A DNA stretch of 64,000 bases from an uncultured Actinomycetes bacterium (lineage in GTDB: Bacteria; Actinomycetota; UBA4738; HRBIN12), in assembly GCA_963708985.1 (NCBI GenBank), contig CAVPUQ010000006.1, positions 135,451-199,450 of the forward strand, read 5' to 3'. The translations under genes and the position numbers were made by a program. This document shows positions 19,153-30,205 of the stretch, in pieces (position 1 is the stretch's first letter; each line of letters begins with the position of its first letter). Below the pieces are notes generated by a model. It saw nothing but the letters and a program-made list of their open reading frames with translations, searched no databases and was not told where the DNA came from.

Positions 19153-21488
19153 GAGGCGGGTACCGATCCCGGCGGGATCCTCGCCGCGAGGGGGAGGCAG
19201 ACACGGAACGACGCGCCACCTCCATCGCGCTCCTCGACCCAGGCCCGGCCACCGTGCAGCTCCGCGAACCGCGCCACGAGCGCGAGTCCCACGCCCACAC
19301 CGGGTGTGTGCTCGGGTACGCCGGGGCCCTGACGGAACGGTTCGAAGATGTGCTCGCGGTGCTGGGGCTGCACGCCCGGCCCCTCGTCCTCGACCACGAT
19401 GAGGACGTCGTCGCCGACCGGGCCGACACGGACCCAGATCCGGCAGTCCGTCGGCGTGTGGCGCACCGCGTTCGCGAGCAGGTTCTCGACGATGCGCTCG
19501 ACCTTCGCCGCATCGACCTCCGCCCAGACCTGCGGCGCATCGACCTCGACCCGCCGGTTGGCGCCGATGAGATCCGACTCGGCCACCAGGTGGGAGACGA
19601 GGGAGCCCACGTCCGTCGGTGCCAGGGTGGGCTCCACGATCCCGCGCGAGAGCCGGTCGAGATCGAGCATGTCGTTCACCATCCGATCGAGCCTGCGTGC
19701 GTTCGACGCGATCCGCTTCGCCATGTCCTTCGCGTCGGCGGGCCGCAGCTCGAGGTCCTCCCGCTGGAGCGTGACGGCCAGGCCGAGGATCGCCGCGAGC
19801 GGCGTGCGCAGGTCGTGCGAGACCGCCTGCAGGAACGTGTTCTTCATGCGGTCGATCTCGCGCAGCTGCGCGGACTCCTCGCGCTCGACCTCGAGCTCCC
19901 GCTCGAGCTCCTCGGCGCGCTTGCGCTCGGTGATGTCCACCCACACGCCTTGCCAGAAGCGCGGGCGCCCGTCCTCATCGTTGATCAGCACGGATCGGTC
20001 GTTGACCCAGACCGTCCTCCCGTCGCGTCCGACCAGCCGGTACTCGAGGTCGTACGGCTCCCGTGCCCGCTCGGCCTGCTCGGCGGCCCGCAGCACCCGC
20101 TCGCGATCATCCGGGTGGATCAGTCCGGGCCACAGTGGCTCCTCGCGCGTGAGCTCCTGCGGCGTGTAGCCGAGGAGCGACTCGACCTGTGGGCTGAAGT
20201 ACAGGGACGTGTGCGGGCCCTCGAGCCCCGCCGCGTCGATGTAGGTGACGACCGGCGTCTCCTCGACGAGTGCGCGGTAGCGGGCCTCGGCCTCGCGCAG
20301 CTGCTCCTCGGCCGTCTTGCGCTCGGTGACGTCGGTCATGACGCCTTGCCAGAACGACGGTGCGCCGTCGGGATCGCGGACCAAGATCGCCTCGTCCCGG
20401 TACCAGACGACGCGGCCGTCCTTGGCCACGATCCGGTACTCGGCCGAGAAGGGCTCGAGCGTTCGGTCGCACCGCAGGTTCAGCTCGCGGATCCGATCGC
20501 GATCCTCCGGGTGCAGGGAGCCGAGCCAGTGGTCGGTCGGGCCGAGCCACTCCTCAGGTTCGATGCCGAGGGCTCGCACCTGTGGGCTCACGTAGGAGAG
20601 GCCACCGCCGTCGCCCCCCACCGATTCCGTGTAGAAGATGGCCGGGATGTTCTCGACGAGTCCCTGGTACCGCGCCTCGGAGAGGTCGGCGCGCTCGTCG
20701 GCCCGGCGCTGTTCGCTCGTGTCGAGCATCACGCCCTGCCAGAACAGCGGGGTGTCCTGGTCGTCGCGGACGAGCGCCGCTTCGTCGTGGATCCACACGA
20801 CCCGCCCGTCCTTCGCGAACATCCGGTAGTCGGCCACGAAGCGTTCCCCGGTGCGCGCGACGCGCCGGTACGCCTCTCGGAGCGCCGGGAGGTCGTCGGG
20901 GTGCAGCCACCTGGTCCATGCCGTGGGATCGACGAGCCACTCGTCCGGACGGAACCCGAGGACCGCCGTGATCTGAGGGCTCACGTAGAGCGTGTGTCCC
21001 GGCTCACCCTCTTCCTCGATGCTCTCCAGGTACACGACGCCGGGGAGCTGCTCGACGAGGTTCCGGTACCGCTGCTCGAGGTCGGCGCGGCGCTCCTCGG
21101 CGAGCTTGTGCTGCGTGATATCGACCATCAGGCCCCGGACCACAGACGGGTGACCGCGCATGTCGGTGACGGTGTGGCCGATGTCCCGGAGCCACACGAT
21201 GGAACCGTCGCGGTGCACGAAGCGGTACTCCATGTCGTGCGGGCGCGCCCTGGTGACGCCGGCCATGAACCGTGCCACGGCGAACGAGCGGTCGTCAGGA
21301 TGGATGTGGTCGGCCCAGAAGCTCGGCTCCTCGATCCACAGCTTCGGCGGGTAGCCGAGCATGTCCCAGGCCCGCTGGCTCACGAAGGTGAAGCGGCCGG
21401 AAGCGGCATCGGCCTCCCAGACGACGGCGTCCAGGTCGGCGAGGAGGGATCTCAGGCGTCTGAGCTCGGCACCGGGCGTCGAGGTCAT
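19149..21488 (-). CDS. Cytoplasmic multi-PAS sensor histidine kinase (no adjacent response regulator)
   Basis: 779-aa intact ORF. About five PAS/PAC units end in 'DIT[EQ][HR]K.AEE'. The H-box is 'FLQAVSHDLRTPLAAILG' and the HATPase_c motifs are 'ENLLANAVRHTP', 'DEGPGV' and 'GVGVGLALV'. Confidence 0.9.
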   Translation of the reverse strand: MTSTPGAELRRLRSLLADLDAVVWEADAASGRFTFVSQRAWDMLGYPPKLWIEEPSFWADHIHPDDRSFAVARFMAGVTRARPHDMEYRFVHRDGSIVWLRDIGHTVTDMRGHPSVVRGLMVDITQHKLAEERRADLEQRYRNLVEQLPGVVYLESIEEEGEPGHTLYVSPQITAVLGFRPDEWLVDPTAWTRWLHPDDLPALREAYRRVARTGERFVADYRMFAKDGRVVWIHDEAALVRDDQDTPLFWQGVMLDTSEQRRADERADLSEARYQGLVENIPAIFYTESVGGDGGGLSYVSPQVRALGIEPEEWLGPTDHWLGSLHPEDRDRIRELNLRCDRTLEPFSAEYRIVAKDGRVVWYRDEAILVRDPDGAPSFWQGVMTDVTERKTAEEQLREAEARYRALVEETPVVTYIDAAGLEGPHTSLYFSPQVESLLGYTPQELTREEPLWPGLIHPDDRERVLRAAEQAERAREPYDLEYRLVGRDGRTVWVNDRSVLINDEDGRPRFWQGVWVDITERKRAEELERELEVEREESAQLREIDRMKNTFLQAVSHDLRTPLAAILGLAVTLQREDLELRPADAKDMAKRIASNARRLDRMVNDMLDLDRLSRGIVEPTLAPTDVGSLVSHLVAESDLIGANRRVEVDAPQVWAEVDAAKVERIVENLLANAVRHTPTDCRIWVRVGPVGDDVLIVVEDEGPGVQPQHREHIFEPFRQGPGVPEHTPGVGVGLALVARFAELHGGRAWVEERDGGGASFRVCLPLAARIPPGSVPAS

Positions 21489-21537
21489 CGGTCGGAACGC
21501 CGGGGGGACGGCATCATCGGGAGATGCTAGTACACGC

Positions 21538-23124
21538 CTATCCCGCCGCGATCCCGCCGTCGGCGCGCGGGTCGGTGCCCGCCCGCAGCACGCCGTCGGA
21601 CCCCGCGACGATCAGATGGGCGTGGCCCACCTCCTCGCTGAGGTCCTCGAGCACGTCGACGCGGAACCCGGCTCGGGCGAGCGCGTCGCCCACGCGCTCG
21701 GCCGCGGAGCGCTCGGCGACCACGAACGGGTCGGGGCCGACGGGATCCATCGCGCCGGCGAGCCACCGGGGCTCGGCCACGGCCTCGGCGGGGGAGCGGC
21801 CGAGCTCGAGCGCCGGACGAGCGACATCATGTTGATCTGGGGATGGGCCGAGCCGCCCATCGTCGCCGAGATCGCCGCGAGGTTCCCTTCACGGTGCGCC
21901 ATCACCGGCATGAGCGTGTGAGCGGGCAGCTTCCGCGGCGCCAGCACGTTCGGATGCGCGGCATCGAGCATGAACCCGCTGCCTCGCCCCTGCGCCACGA
22001 TGCCGGTCGAGGGCTCCAGGATCCCCGCGCCGAGCCCGGGTCCCAAGCTCTGGATCAGGCACACCGCGTAGCCCTCGGCGTCGGCGGTCGCCAGGCCGGC
22101 CGTGCCGCCCTGCGGGGTGGGCGAGGCGTCGCCGGCACGGGTCGGCCCGCGCGGACCTCATCGCAGAGCGCCGCGATGTGGCCGTCGTCCAGGAGCGCGT
22201 GCGGGTGTACGCGCATGTGCTCGGGGGCCGCGAGGTGATGGTCCCGGTCGAGCGACGCGGCTCGGAACAGCAGCGCAAGCGTCCCGGCGTCGGGCCCGAG
22301 CGGGTCGGGATCGATCTCGAGGCGCTCGATCGCGGCGAGGATCTCGAGCAGCACGAAGCCCTGGGACGTGGGTGGAGCGACGCGGACGTCGAGGTCGCGG
22401 TAGCGACCGATGAGCGGCGACAGGGTCGCGGCCTCGTGTCGCTGGAGGTCCGACGGGTCGATCGGGACCCCGGCGTCTCGGAGACCGAGCGCGAACCGCC
22501 GGCCGACCTCGCCTCCGAGAGCGCGTCGGGTCCCTCGGCGGCGATGGCAGCGAGGGTCACTTGGAGGGCCGGCTGGACGAGCACGGCGCCCTCGGGGAGC
22601 GGCCCGCCGTCCGGGTAGAAGACGGCTCCGAGCCCGGGGTCGGTGGAGAAGGCCCGGCGCCACGCCGGACGCGAGGGTGTCGGCCAGCGAGCGCGCGACC
22701 GGCGCGCCGCCCGCGTGCACGGGGCGGCCTCGAACAGGTCGGGCCATGCGAGCCACGCTCCTCGGCGGTGCAAGGCCCACCACCCGCCGACGGCACCCGG
22801 CACCGTGACCGTGAAGGGCCCGCGCTCGGGCATCGCGTCGCCGTGCTCGGCGCGGACGACATCCGGGTCGATGCCCCTCGGGGAGACGCCCGTCGAGTTG
22901 ATCGCGACGACGTCACCCTCGGGACGCTCGACGAGTGCGAACAGGTCGCCGCCGACGCCGCACATGTGCGGGTAGACGACCGAGAGCGTCGTGGCGGCCG
23001 CGAGGGCTGCATCGATCGCGTTGCCACCCGCCTCGAACGCCGCGCGCCCGGCCGCCGTGGCGGCGATGTGCGGTGTCGCGATCGCGAACCGCTTGCCGGT
23101 GCCCGAGAGCACTCGCTCGGTCAT
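21538..23124 (-). pseudogene. ggt: Gamma-glutamyltransferase family protein, with several apparent frameshifts
   Basis: 'AIATPHIAATAAGRAAFEAGGNAIDAA', 'YPHMCGVGGD', 'GGTAGLATADAEGYAVCLIQSLG', 'PAHTLMPVMA' and the C-terminal 'GTDPRADGGIAAG' are recovered from at least four different minus-strand frames. Confidence 0.8.
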
Positions 23125-23137
23125 CGGTTGCTCCTCC

Positions 23138-26100
23138 TCAGCCGCGGAGCGTGAGGCCACGGTAGCCCTCGGCGAACCCGGCGGCGCGCAGCCGCTCGGC
23201 GTGCGGGCTCTCGAGCGCGGTCACGCCGTCGATCCGCTGCAGCTCGATCTTCCGCAGACGCCCGTCCTTCACGAGAGCCGCGAGCGCGTCGGGCCAATCC
23301 GCGGCCTCGGACGCGGGGAACGTCGTGAGCGTCCTCGCGCCCCGCTCGAGGAACACCGCGGGCTCGCCGTCCGCGAGCACGACGTACGCGCCGGCGGCTC
23401 GCGAGGGCCGTCCCGCGCCTCGGGCCAGCCGAGCGCGGCTCCGTACGGCTGCGCGGGATCGGCCGCGGCGAGGGCGAACACGGCCGCCGCGCCCGCGGGC
23501 TCGCGCAGGTCCCGCAGGCGGTCGACCGCACCGGGGAGCGCGAACTGCGCCGCCCCGAGCCCGTCGACGAAGTAGCCACGGCGGACCTTGCCGGACTCCT
23601 CGAGCGCCCGGAGCACCGCGTACACGCCGGCGAAGCCGCCCGGGGCCCCCTCGGCGAGCACGGCCTCGCGCGTGAGCACGCCGTGCCGGTCGAGCAGCTG
23701 CATCGCGCGGGCGTGCGCCGTCTCGGTCGGCGAGAGCGCCGGCTCGAGCAGCGGCGCGACGAGCGACCATCGCCCCGCTCCGGCCGGCGGACCGACCCGG
23801 CGGAGCGCGCCGGGTCGGGGCTTGCCCTGTCGGAGCCCTCGGCCGCGCGTCCGAGCACGGCACGGAGCGGCGCGAGCGTGTCGTTCGTGATCTCGCCCGC
23901 CCAGACCAGGTCCCAGAGCGCGCGGAGGACCTCGCGCTCGTCGGGCATGCCGCTCGCGAGCACGAGGTCAGGCCAGAACGAGGCGCCGCGGTTCGCGAGG
24001 TGCTCGCGCAGCGGCGTCGTGCGACCTCGCCCTCGGGAGGCTCGGTGCGCCCGGACCGGGGCGAGCGCCCGGAGCGCGCCGCGGAAGTGGAGCGCGACGC
24101 GGCCGTCGTCCGCGCCGATGCCGCCGGCGCCGACCCACACGACGTCGCCGCTCGCGCAGAGCGCGTCGAGGTCGGCGCGGCCGGTAGCCCTGCACGCGCG
24201 CGGGCAGCACGTCGGTCTCGAGGATCGAGGCCGGGATCGCGGCGCCCTGGAGCTGCTCGATCGCGTCGGCCAGCGCGTCCGGTCCCGACCGCGGCCGCGT
24301 CGAGCCCTGCCACGCGGGCAGGAACCGCGCGAGCGCCGGCGCCGTGACCGGCTCGACCTCCTTGCGCAGGGCGGCGAGCGAGCGGCGTCGCAGCGACGCG
24401 TAGCACGTCGACCTCGCACCACTCGCGCTCGAGCCCGTCGGGGCGGAACTCGCCGCGGACGACCCGCCCTGCGGTCTCGAGCGCGCTCGAGCGCGGCGAC
24501 CACCCGCTCGAGCGGAGCTCCGAGCCGGTCCGCGACGTCGCGAGCGTGGAACGGACCGTGGGTCCGCGCGTACCGCCAGACCAGCTCGTCGAGGGGCTCG
24601 GCGGCCCGTTCGGCGAACGCCGCCGGCACGCCCGGCGGGATCGACACGCCGAGCCCGTCGCGCAGCCGGCCGGCGTCCTCGATCGCGGCGATCCGTTCCT
24701 CGCCTGCCACCCGCACGCGGATCGCGCGGTGCTCGAGCACGCAGCTGCTCGACCCACGGGGCGGGATCGTGCGCGGCGCGCACGGCCGATCTCCTCCGTC
24801 GTGAGGTCGCCGAGCCGCCGCAGCAGGTCGTGGAGATCGTCGGCGTTGCGCGCTCGGCGGCCCTCGGCGAGGGCCTGGAGCTCGAGCTCGAGGTCGGCGA
24901 GCGCTGCCGGGTCGATGAGCTCGCGGAGGTCCTCGGCGCCGAGCAGCTCGCGCAGCAGGTCGCGGTCGAGCGAGAGCGCCGCGGCCCGGCGCTCGGCGAG
25001 CGGCGCGTCGTCCTCGTACATGTAGACGGCGATCCACCGGAACAGCAGCGACTGCGCGAACGGCGACGCCTTGTCGGTGTCGACGGCGACCATCCGGATC
25101 TTCCGTGCGCGCAGGTCGCCGAGCACCTGCTTCAGCCCGGGCACGTCGAACACGTCGCGCAGGCACTCGCGCGTCGCCTCGAGCAGGATCGGGAACCGCG
25201 GGTAGGCCATCGCGACCTGCAGCAGGTCGGCGCCGCGCTGGCGCTGCTGCCACAGCGGCGTCCGCGCGCCGGGCCGGCGGCGGGGGAGCAGCAGGGCTCG
25301 CGCGGCGGCCTCGCGGAAGACCGAGGTGAACAGCGCGGTCGCGGGCAGCGGCGCGACGACGAGCTCCTCGATCTCGTCGGGGTCGAACCGGAGGTCCTCG
25401 AGCGGGATGTGGTCCTCGGCCTCGGGGAGGCGGATCACGATGCCGTCGTCGCTCCAGAGCACCTGGACGTCGACGCCGAGGCGTTCGCCCAGGCGCTCCT
25501 CGATCGCCATCGCCCACGGCGCGTGCACGCGGGCGCCGAACGGCGAGAGCAGGCAGACGCGCCAGTCGCCGAGCTCGTCGCGGAAGCGCTCGACGACGAT
25601 CGTGCGGTCGTCGGGCACCGCGCCGGCCGCGTCGCGCTCGTCCTGGAGGTACAGCACGAGGTTGCGAGCCGCGAGCTCGTCGAGCCCGAACCGCGTGCGG
25701 AGCAGGGCGATCGCGCGGCGCTCGGGCAGGGCGGCCAGCTCGCGCGTAACCTCGCCGATCGCGCGGCCGAGCTCGAGCGGCCGGCCCGGCTTGTCGCCGT
25801 GCCAGAACGGCATCTTGCCCGGCTCGCCCGGCGCCGGGGTGACCAGCACGCGGTCGAGCGTGATCTCCTCGATCCGCCACGACGACGCGCCGAGCAGGAA
25901 CACCTCGCCCAGGCCGGCACTCGTAGACCATCTCCTCGTCGAGCTCGCCGACCCGCGGCCGTCGGCGGTGAACACGCCGAACAGGCCGCGGTCGGGGATC
26001 GTGCCGGCGTTCGCGATGGCCACGCGCCCGGCGCCCTCGCGCGCGCGGACGCATGTCCGAACGGCGATCCCAGACGATCCGCGGCCGCAGCTCGGCGAAC

Positions 26101-27533
26101 TCGTCGGACGGGTACCGTCCCGAGAGCAGGTCGAGCACGGCCCGCAGCACGTCCTCCGACAGCTCGGCGAAGTTGGCCGCCGCGCCGCACGAGCGCGCCG
26201 AGCTCGGCCACGCCCCATCCGTCCATCGCGCACATCGCGACGATCTGCTGCGCGAGCACGTCGAGCGGGTTCCGCGGGTACCGGGTCTCCTCGATCAGGC
26301 CCTCGAGCATGCGCTGGACGACGACGGTGGACTCGAGCAGGTCGCCGCGGTACTTCGGGAACACCTTGCCGCGGGAGGGCTCGCCGACCTGGTGGCCCGC
26401 GCGCCCGATCCGCTGCAGCCCTCGCGCGACCGAGCCCGGCGACTCGACCTGGATCACCAGGTCGACCGCGCCCATGTCGATGCCGAGCTCGAGCGATGAC
26501 GTCGCGACGAGGCCCTCAGCGTGCCCCGCTTCAAGCGATCCTCGATCTCGAGGCGTTGCTCGCGCGCGATCGAACCGTGATGCGCCTGCACGAGCTCCTC
26601 GCCGGCGAGCTCGTTCAGCCGCGAGGCCAGGCGCTCGGCCATCCGCCGCGCGTTCACGAACACCAGCGTCGAGGTGTGCGAGCGGATCAGCTCGAGCAGC
26701 GCGGGGTGGATCGAGGGCCAGATGCTCGTTCGCTCCGGTCCCGCGGAGGCCGGACCGGTGCGGATCTCGTCGGTGGAGCTGCCCGAGCTCGGACATGTCC
26801 TCGACGGGGACGACGACCTCGACCTCCATCGGCTTGCGGTGGCCGGCGTCGACGATCGTCACCGGCCGGGGACCCTCCGGCGTGATCCCGCCGAGGAACC
26901 GCGCGATCTCCTCGAGGGGGCGCTGCGTCGCCGACAGGCCGATCCGCTGCGGAGCGGCGCACCGCGATCTCCTCGAGCCGCTCGAGCGAGAGCGCGAGGT
27001 GCGCGCCGCGCTTCGTCCCGGCCATCGCGTGGATCTCGTCGACGATCACCCAGCGGACGCTGCGCAGGATCTCGCGCGCCTGCGAGGTGAGCATGAGGAA
27101 CAGCGACTCGGGCGTCGTGATGAGGATGTCGGGCGGCCGCTTCGCCGATCGAGCGCCGCTCCTTCGCCGAGGTGTCGCCGGTGCGCATCGCGACGCTCGG
27201 CGCGTGGAGCTCGAGCCCGAGGCGCTCGGCGGCCAGGCGGATCCCCGCGAGCGGCGCGCGCAGGTTCTTCTCGACGTCGACCGCGAGCGCGCGCAGCGGC
27301 GAGATGTAGAGGACGCGGCAGCGCTCGGGTGCCGACGGGACCGGCTCGGAGGCCAGCCGGTCGAGCGCCCACAGGAACGCCGCGAGCGTCTTGCCCGAGC
27401 CCGTCGGCGCGAGGATCAGCGCGTGGTCCCCCTCCGCGATCGCAGGCCAGCCCTGCGCCTGCGCCGGCGTGGGCTCGGCGAACGAGGCCGAGAACCACTC
27501 GCGCACGGCAGGGGAGAAGACCTCGAGCGTCAC
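23138..27533 (-). pseudogene. lhr: Lhr-family ATP-dependent (DEAD/DEAH) helicase, about 1465 codons, heavily frameshifted
   Basis: '[15 protein letters not shown]', '[16 protein letters not shown]', '[10 protein letters not shown]', 'HHGSIAREQRLEIEDRLKRG', 'ATSSLELGIDMG', 'QRIGRAGH' and the C-terminal Lhr domains ('DGEPAVFLERGARTL') are present. They are distributed over on the order of ten or more frame changes. Confidence 0.85.
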
Positions 27534-27590
27534 GCGGCCAACCTATCGCGAACGGCCGACACGGTCGGTGCCGCCGGTAGGATGCTGCGC

Positions 27591-28545
27591 ATGGCAACCC
27601 TTCGGCGTGTGCTGGCGTTCGGCGTGCTCGCCGTCGTTGCGCTCATACCGGTGACGGCGCAAGCCCAGGAAGCCGAGCCCCAGGATCAGATCGTGCTCTC
27701 GGGGTCGGTCACGGTGCCGAGGGGCAAGGAAGCGGGCGAGATCGTGGTCTTCCACGGGAGCGCGACCATCGCGGGGGTCGCGCTCGGCGACGTCGTCGTG
27801 CTGGACGGGCCGATCGTCGTGAACGGGCAGGTGAGCGGCAGCGTGGTCGCGGTGACCGGCGACGTGACGCTCGGGCCGGGGGCGCAGGTCCGCGGCGGCG
27901 TGATGGCGGGCGGGAGCGTGGATGCGGCGAAGGGCTCGCAGGTATCCGGGGGTATCAGCGACGGCGTGACGTTCACGCTGCGAGGGCCGCTCGAGGCGGT
28001 CGCGCGGTTCCTCGTGTGGCTCGCGCTGTCGGTCTCGACGCTGCTGCTGCTCGTCGCGCTCGTGTCGCTCGCGCCGCGCGGGGCCGACGCCGTGCACCTC
28101 GCGGCGACCACGGGGCCGTGGGCCTCGGCGGGGTGGGGGCTCGGGGTGCTCGTGGGGATGCCGGTGCTCGCGGTGCTGCTCGTGGTCTCGGTGCTCGGGC
28201 TCCCTCTGGGCCTCACGTTGCTGCTCGCGCTCGCGTTCGTGTTCCTCGTCGGCTTCGCGCTGAGCGCGTGGATCGTGGGGCGGCTGCTGTGGCGGCCGCC
28301 GAGGAGCCGGTGGCTCGCGCTCCTGTTCGGCTGGCTCATCTCGAGCGCCGTCGACGGCGATCCCGTACGCTGGCGGTGTCCTGTGGATCGCGGGGTCGGG
28401 TTTCGGTCTCGGCGCCGCGACCGTGGCGACGTGGCGGGTGCGAGGGCGTCGCGGCCGCCATCGCGCCGGCCTGCCGCCGACGCCCGCGAGCCCTCCCACG
28501 CCGGAGGAGAACCTGCTACCGATCGAGGAGGAGATGGGGCTCTGA
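27591..28545 (+). pseudogene. Membrane protein with an N-terminal bactofilin-like/polymer-forming beta-helical repeat region, with one apparent frameshift near 28350
   Basis: It has a signal peptide 'VLAVVALIPVTAQA' and repeats of the form 'G.V.V..G.V.V.G.V'. Four TM helices follow. The last TM and tail ('AIPYAGGVLWIAGSGFGLGAATVATW...EEMGL*') read in the next frame, ending at TGA 28543-28545. Confidence 0.55.
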
Positions 28546-28952
28546 TGACGGAGGCCGTAGAGAAGGTGCGCCGGGTCCCGCTGTTCGCCGGGCTCGACGA
28601 CGTTGCGCTCGAGCGCGTTGCCGCGCTCTTCAGCGAGGTCGAGGCTCCCGCCGGCCAGGTGATCATCGAGCACGGGCACGCCGGCTCGGGCATGTTCCTG
28701 CTCGAGGAGGGCACGGTCTCGGTCGAGCTGCCCTCCGGCCCGGTCGAGCTCGGGCCGGGCGAGTTCTTCGGAGAGCTGTCGATCCTGGCGGACGACGTAC
28801 CCCGGACCGCGCGGGTGCGCTCGACGACGCCGATCCGCGCGCTCGTGATCGGCCGCCCCGACTTCCGGCGCCTGCTGGAAAAGGAGCCCCGGATCGCGAT
28901 CGCGATGCTTCCCGTCCTCGCGCACCGGCTCGCCGACACGCTCGGGACGTAG
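28545..28952 (+). CDS. Cyclic nucleotide-binding domain protein
   Basis: 'VPLFAGLDDVALERVAALF', 'GEFFGELSIL' and 'RTARVRSTTPIRALVI' form the canonical cNMP-binding pattern. The ATG overlaps the upstream stop (TGATG). Confidence 0.8.
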   Translation: MTEAVEKVRRVPLFAGLDDVALERVAALFSEVEAPAGQVIIEHGHAGSGMFLLEEGTVSVELPSGPVELGPGEFFGELSILADDVPRTARVRSTTPIRALVIGRPDFRRLLEKEPRIAIAMLPVLAHRLADTLGT

Positions 28953-28958
28953 GCGCCG

Positions 28959-29406
28959 CTACCGGCGGAACAGCCGGGTGAGGAGCGCGATCACCGCGCC
29001 CACCCCAGCGCCGAACGCGAGCGCCTGCGGGGTGCTCATGAGCACCTTCGCCCCGTCCTCGACCGTGACCTTCGGCGACAGCACCAAGCCGACGTACGCG
29101 TGGTCCCCGATCGTCGCGCGGCCCGCCGCGATGATGCTCTGCGACCCCCCCTGTTCGATGGACACGTCGCCGTTCGCGATCATCGGTCCACACCCACCCT
29201 GACGGATCGTCACGTCGCCGTTGGCGATGACCGGACCACATCCGCCCTGCAGGATCGAGACCGTGCCGCCGGCAGCGATCGGCCCCGCGCCCGCCTGGTG
29301 CAGATGGACGTCTCGGGCGCGCACCAGGCCGATCAGCGACCTCTCGATCCGCACGTCCTCGTCGAACTCGAGGGCAGCTCGCCGCCCGTTCGCTGTACTC
29401 CTCCAT
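28959..29406 (-). pseudogene. Bactofilin-like repeat protein with a C-terminal TM anchor, with one apparent frameshift near 29375
   Basis: The repeats are 'QGGCGP[VM]IANGDV[TS]I'. The C-terminal helix is 'ALAFGAGVGAVIALLTRLF'. ATG 29406 has a strong GAAGGAGG RBS but is one frame off ORF 28959..29354. Confidence 0.5.
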
Positions 29407-29452
29407 GGCCGCCTCCTTCGTCCTCTGTCACCATCCTAGGTAGGCTTCGCCG

Positions 29453-30189
29453 GTGTCGCAGAACCGCAGGTTCGCTGCTGCTCGGCTCGGGCGAGTTCGA
29501 GCCCTGGTCCGAGGAATCCGAGCGCGCCGCCCTCGACGGCGCGGACCCGCGCGTGGCCGTCCTGCCCACCGCGAGCGCGCCCGAAGGCGACGCCGTGTTC
29601 GAGCGATGGGCCGCGATGGGCCTCGAGCACTACGAGGCGATGGGGTGGGAGGCGACAGGTGCTCCCGGTGAAGACCCGTGAGGACGCCGAGCGCGAGGAC
29701 CTCGCCGCCGAGCTGGACCGCGTCACGCTCGTCTCCTTCTCGGGCGGGAACCCGAAGTTCCTCGGCTCGACGCTCGAGGGGACGGCGCTGTGGACGGCGG
29801 TCGGCCGGGCGCTCGACCGCGGGGCGGCGTACGCGGGGTGCAGCGCCGGGGCGATGGTCGCGAGCCAATCGCGCTCGCAGGCGCGCGAGCGCAAGGTCGG
29901 CGCCTCGTGGACGTTCGGGCTCGGGCTCGTTCCGCACGTGTCGTTCGGCGTGCACTGGGACCGCATGGCGAAGATCCCCGGTATGCGGTGGTGGGTCACC
30001 TCGCGCATCCCCGAGTCGTCGTGGTTCGTGGGCATCGACGAGCGCACCGCGATCCTGGGCGACGGCGAGCGCTGGACGGTGTTCGGGAAGGGCGGTGCGA
30101 TGGTCCTGCACGAGGGCGAGCGCCGGACTCACCGGGCGGGGGAGTCCTTCGAGACACCCGCCGTCGCGAGTCACGGCCGGGCCGGTTGA
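29453..30189 (+). pseudogene. Peptidase S51 / cyanophycinase-like (type 1 glutamine amidotransferase-like) protein, with about 2 apparent frameshifts; start uncertain
   Basis: 'LLLGSGEFEPW', 'RVAVLPTASAPEG', 'VSFSGGNPKFL' and 'AYAGCSAGAMV' lie in three successive frames (ORFs 29453.., 29100..29681 and 29659..30189). Confidence 0.6.
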
Positions 30190-30205
30190 CCTATCCTTTG
30201 GGCTC

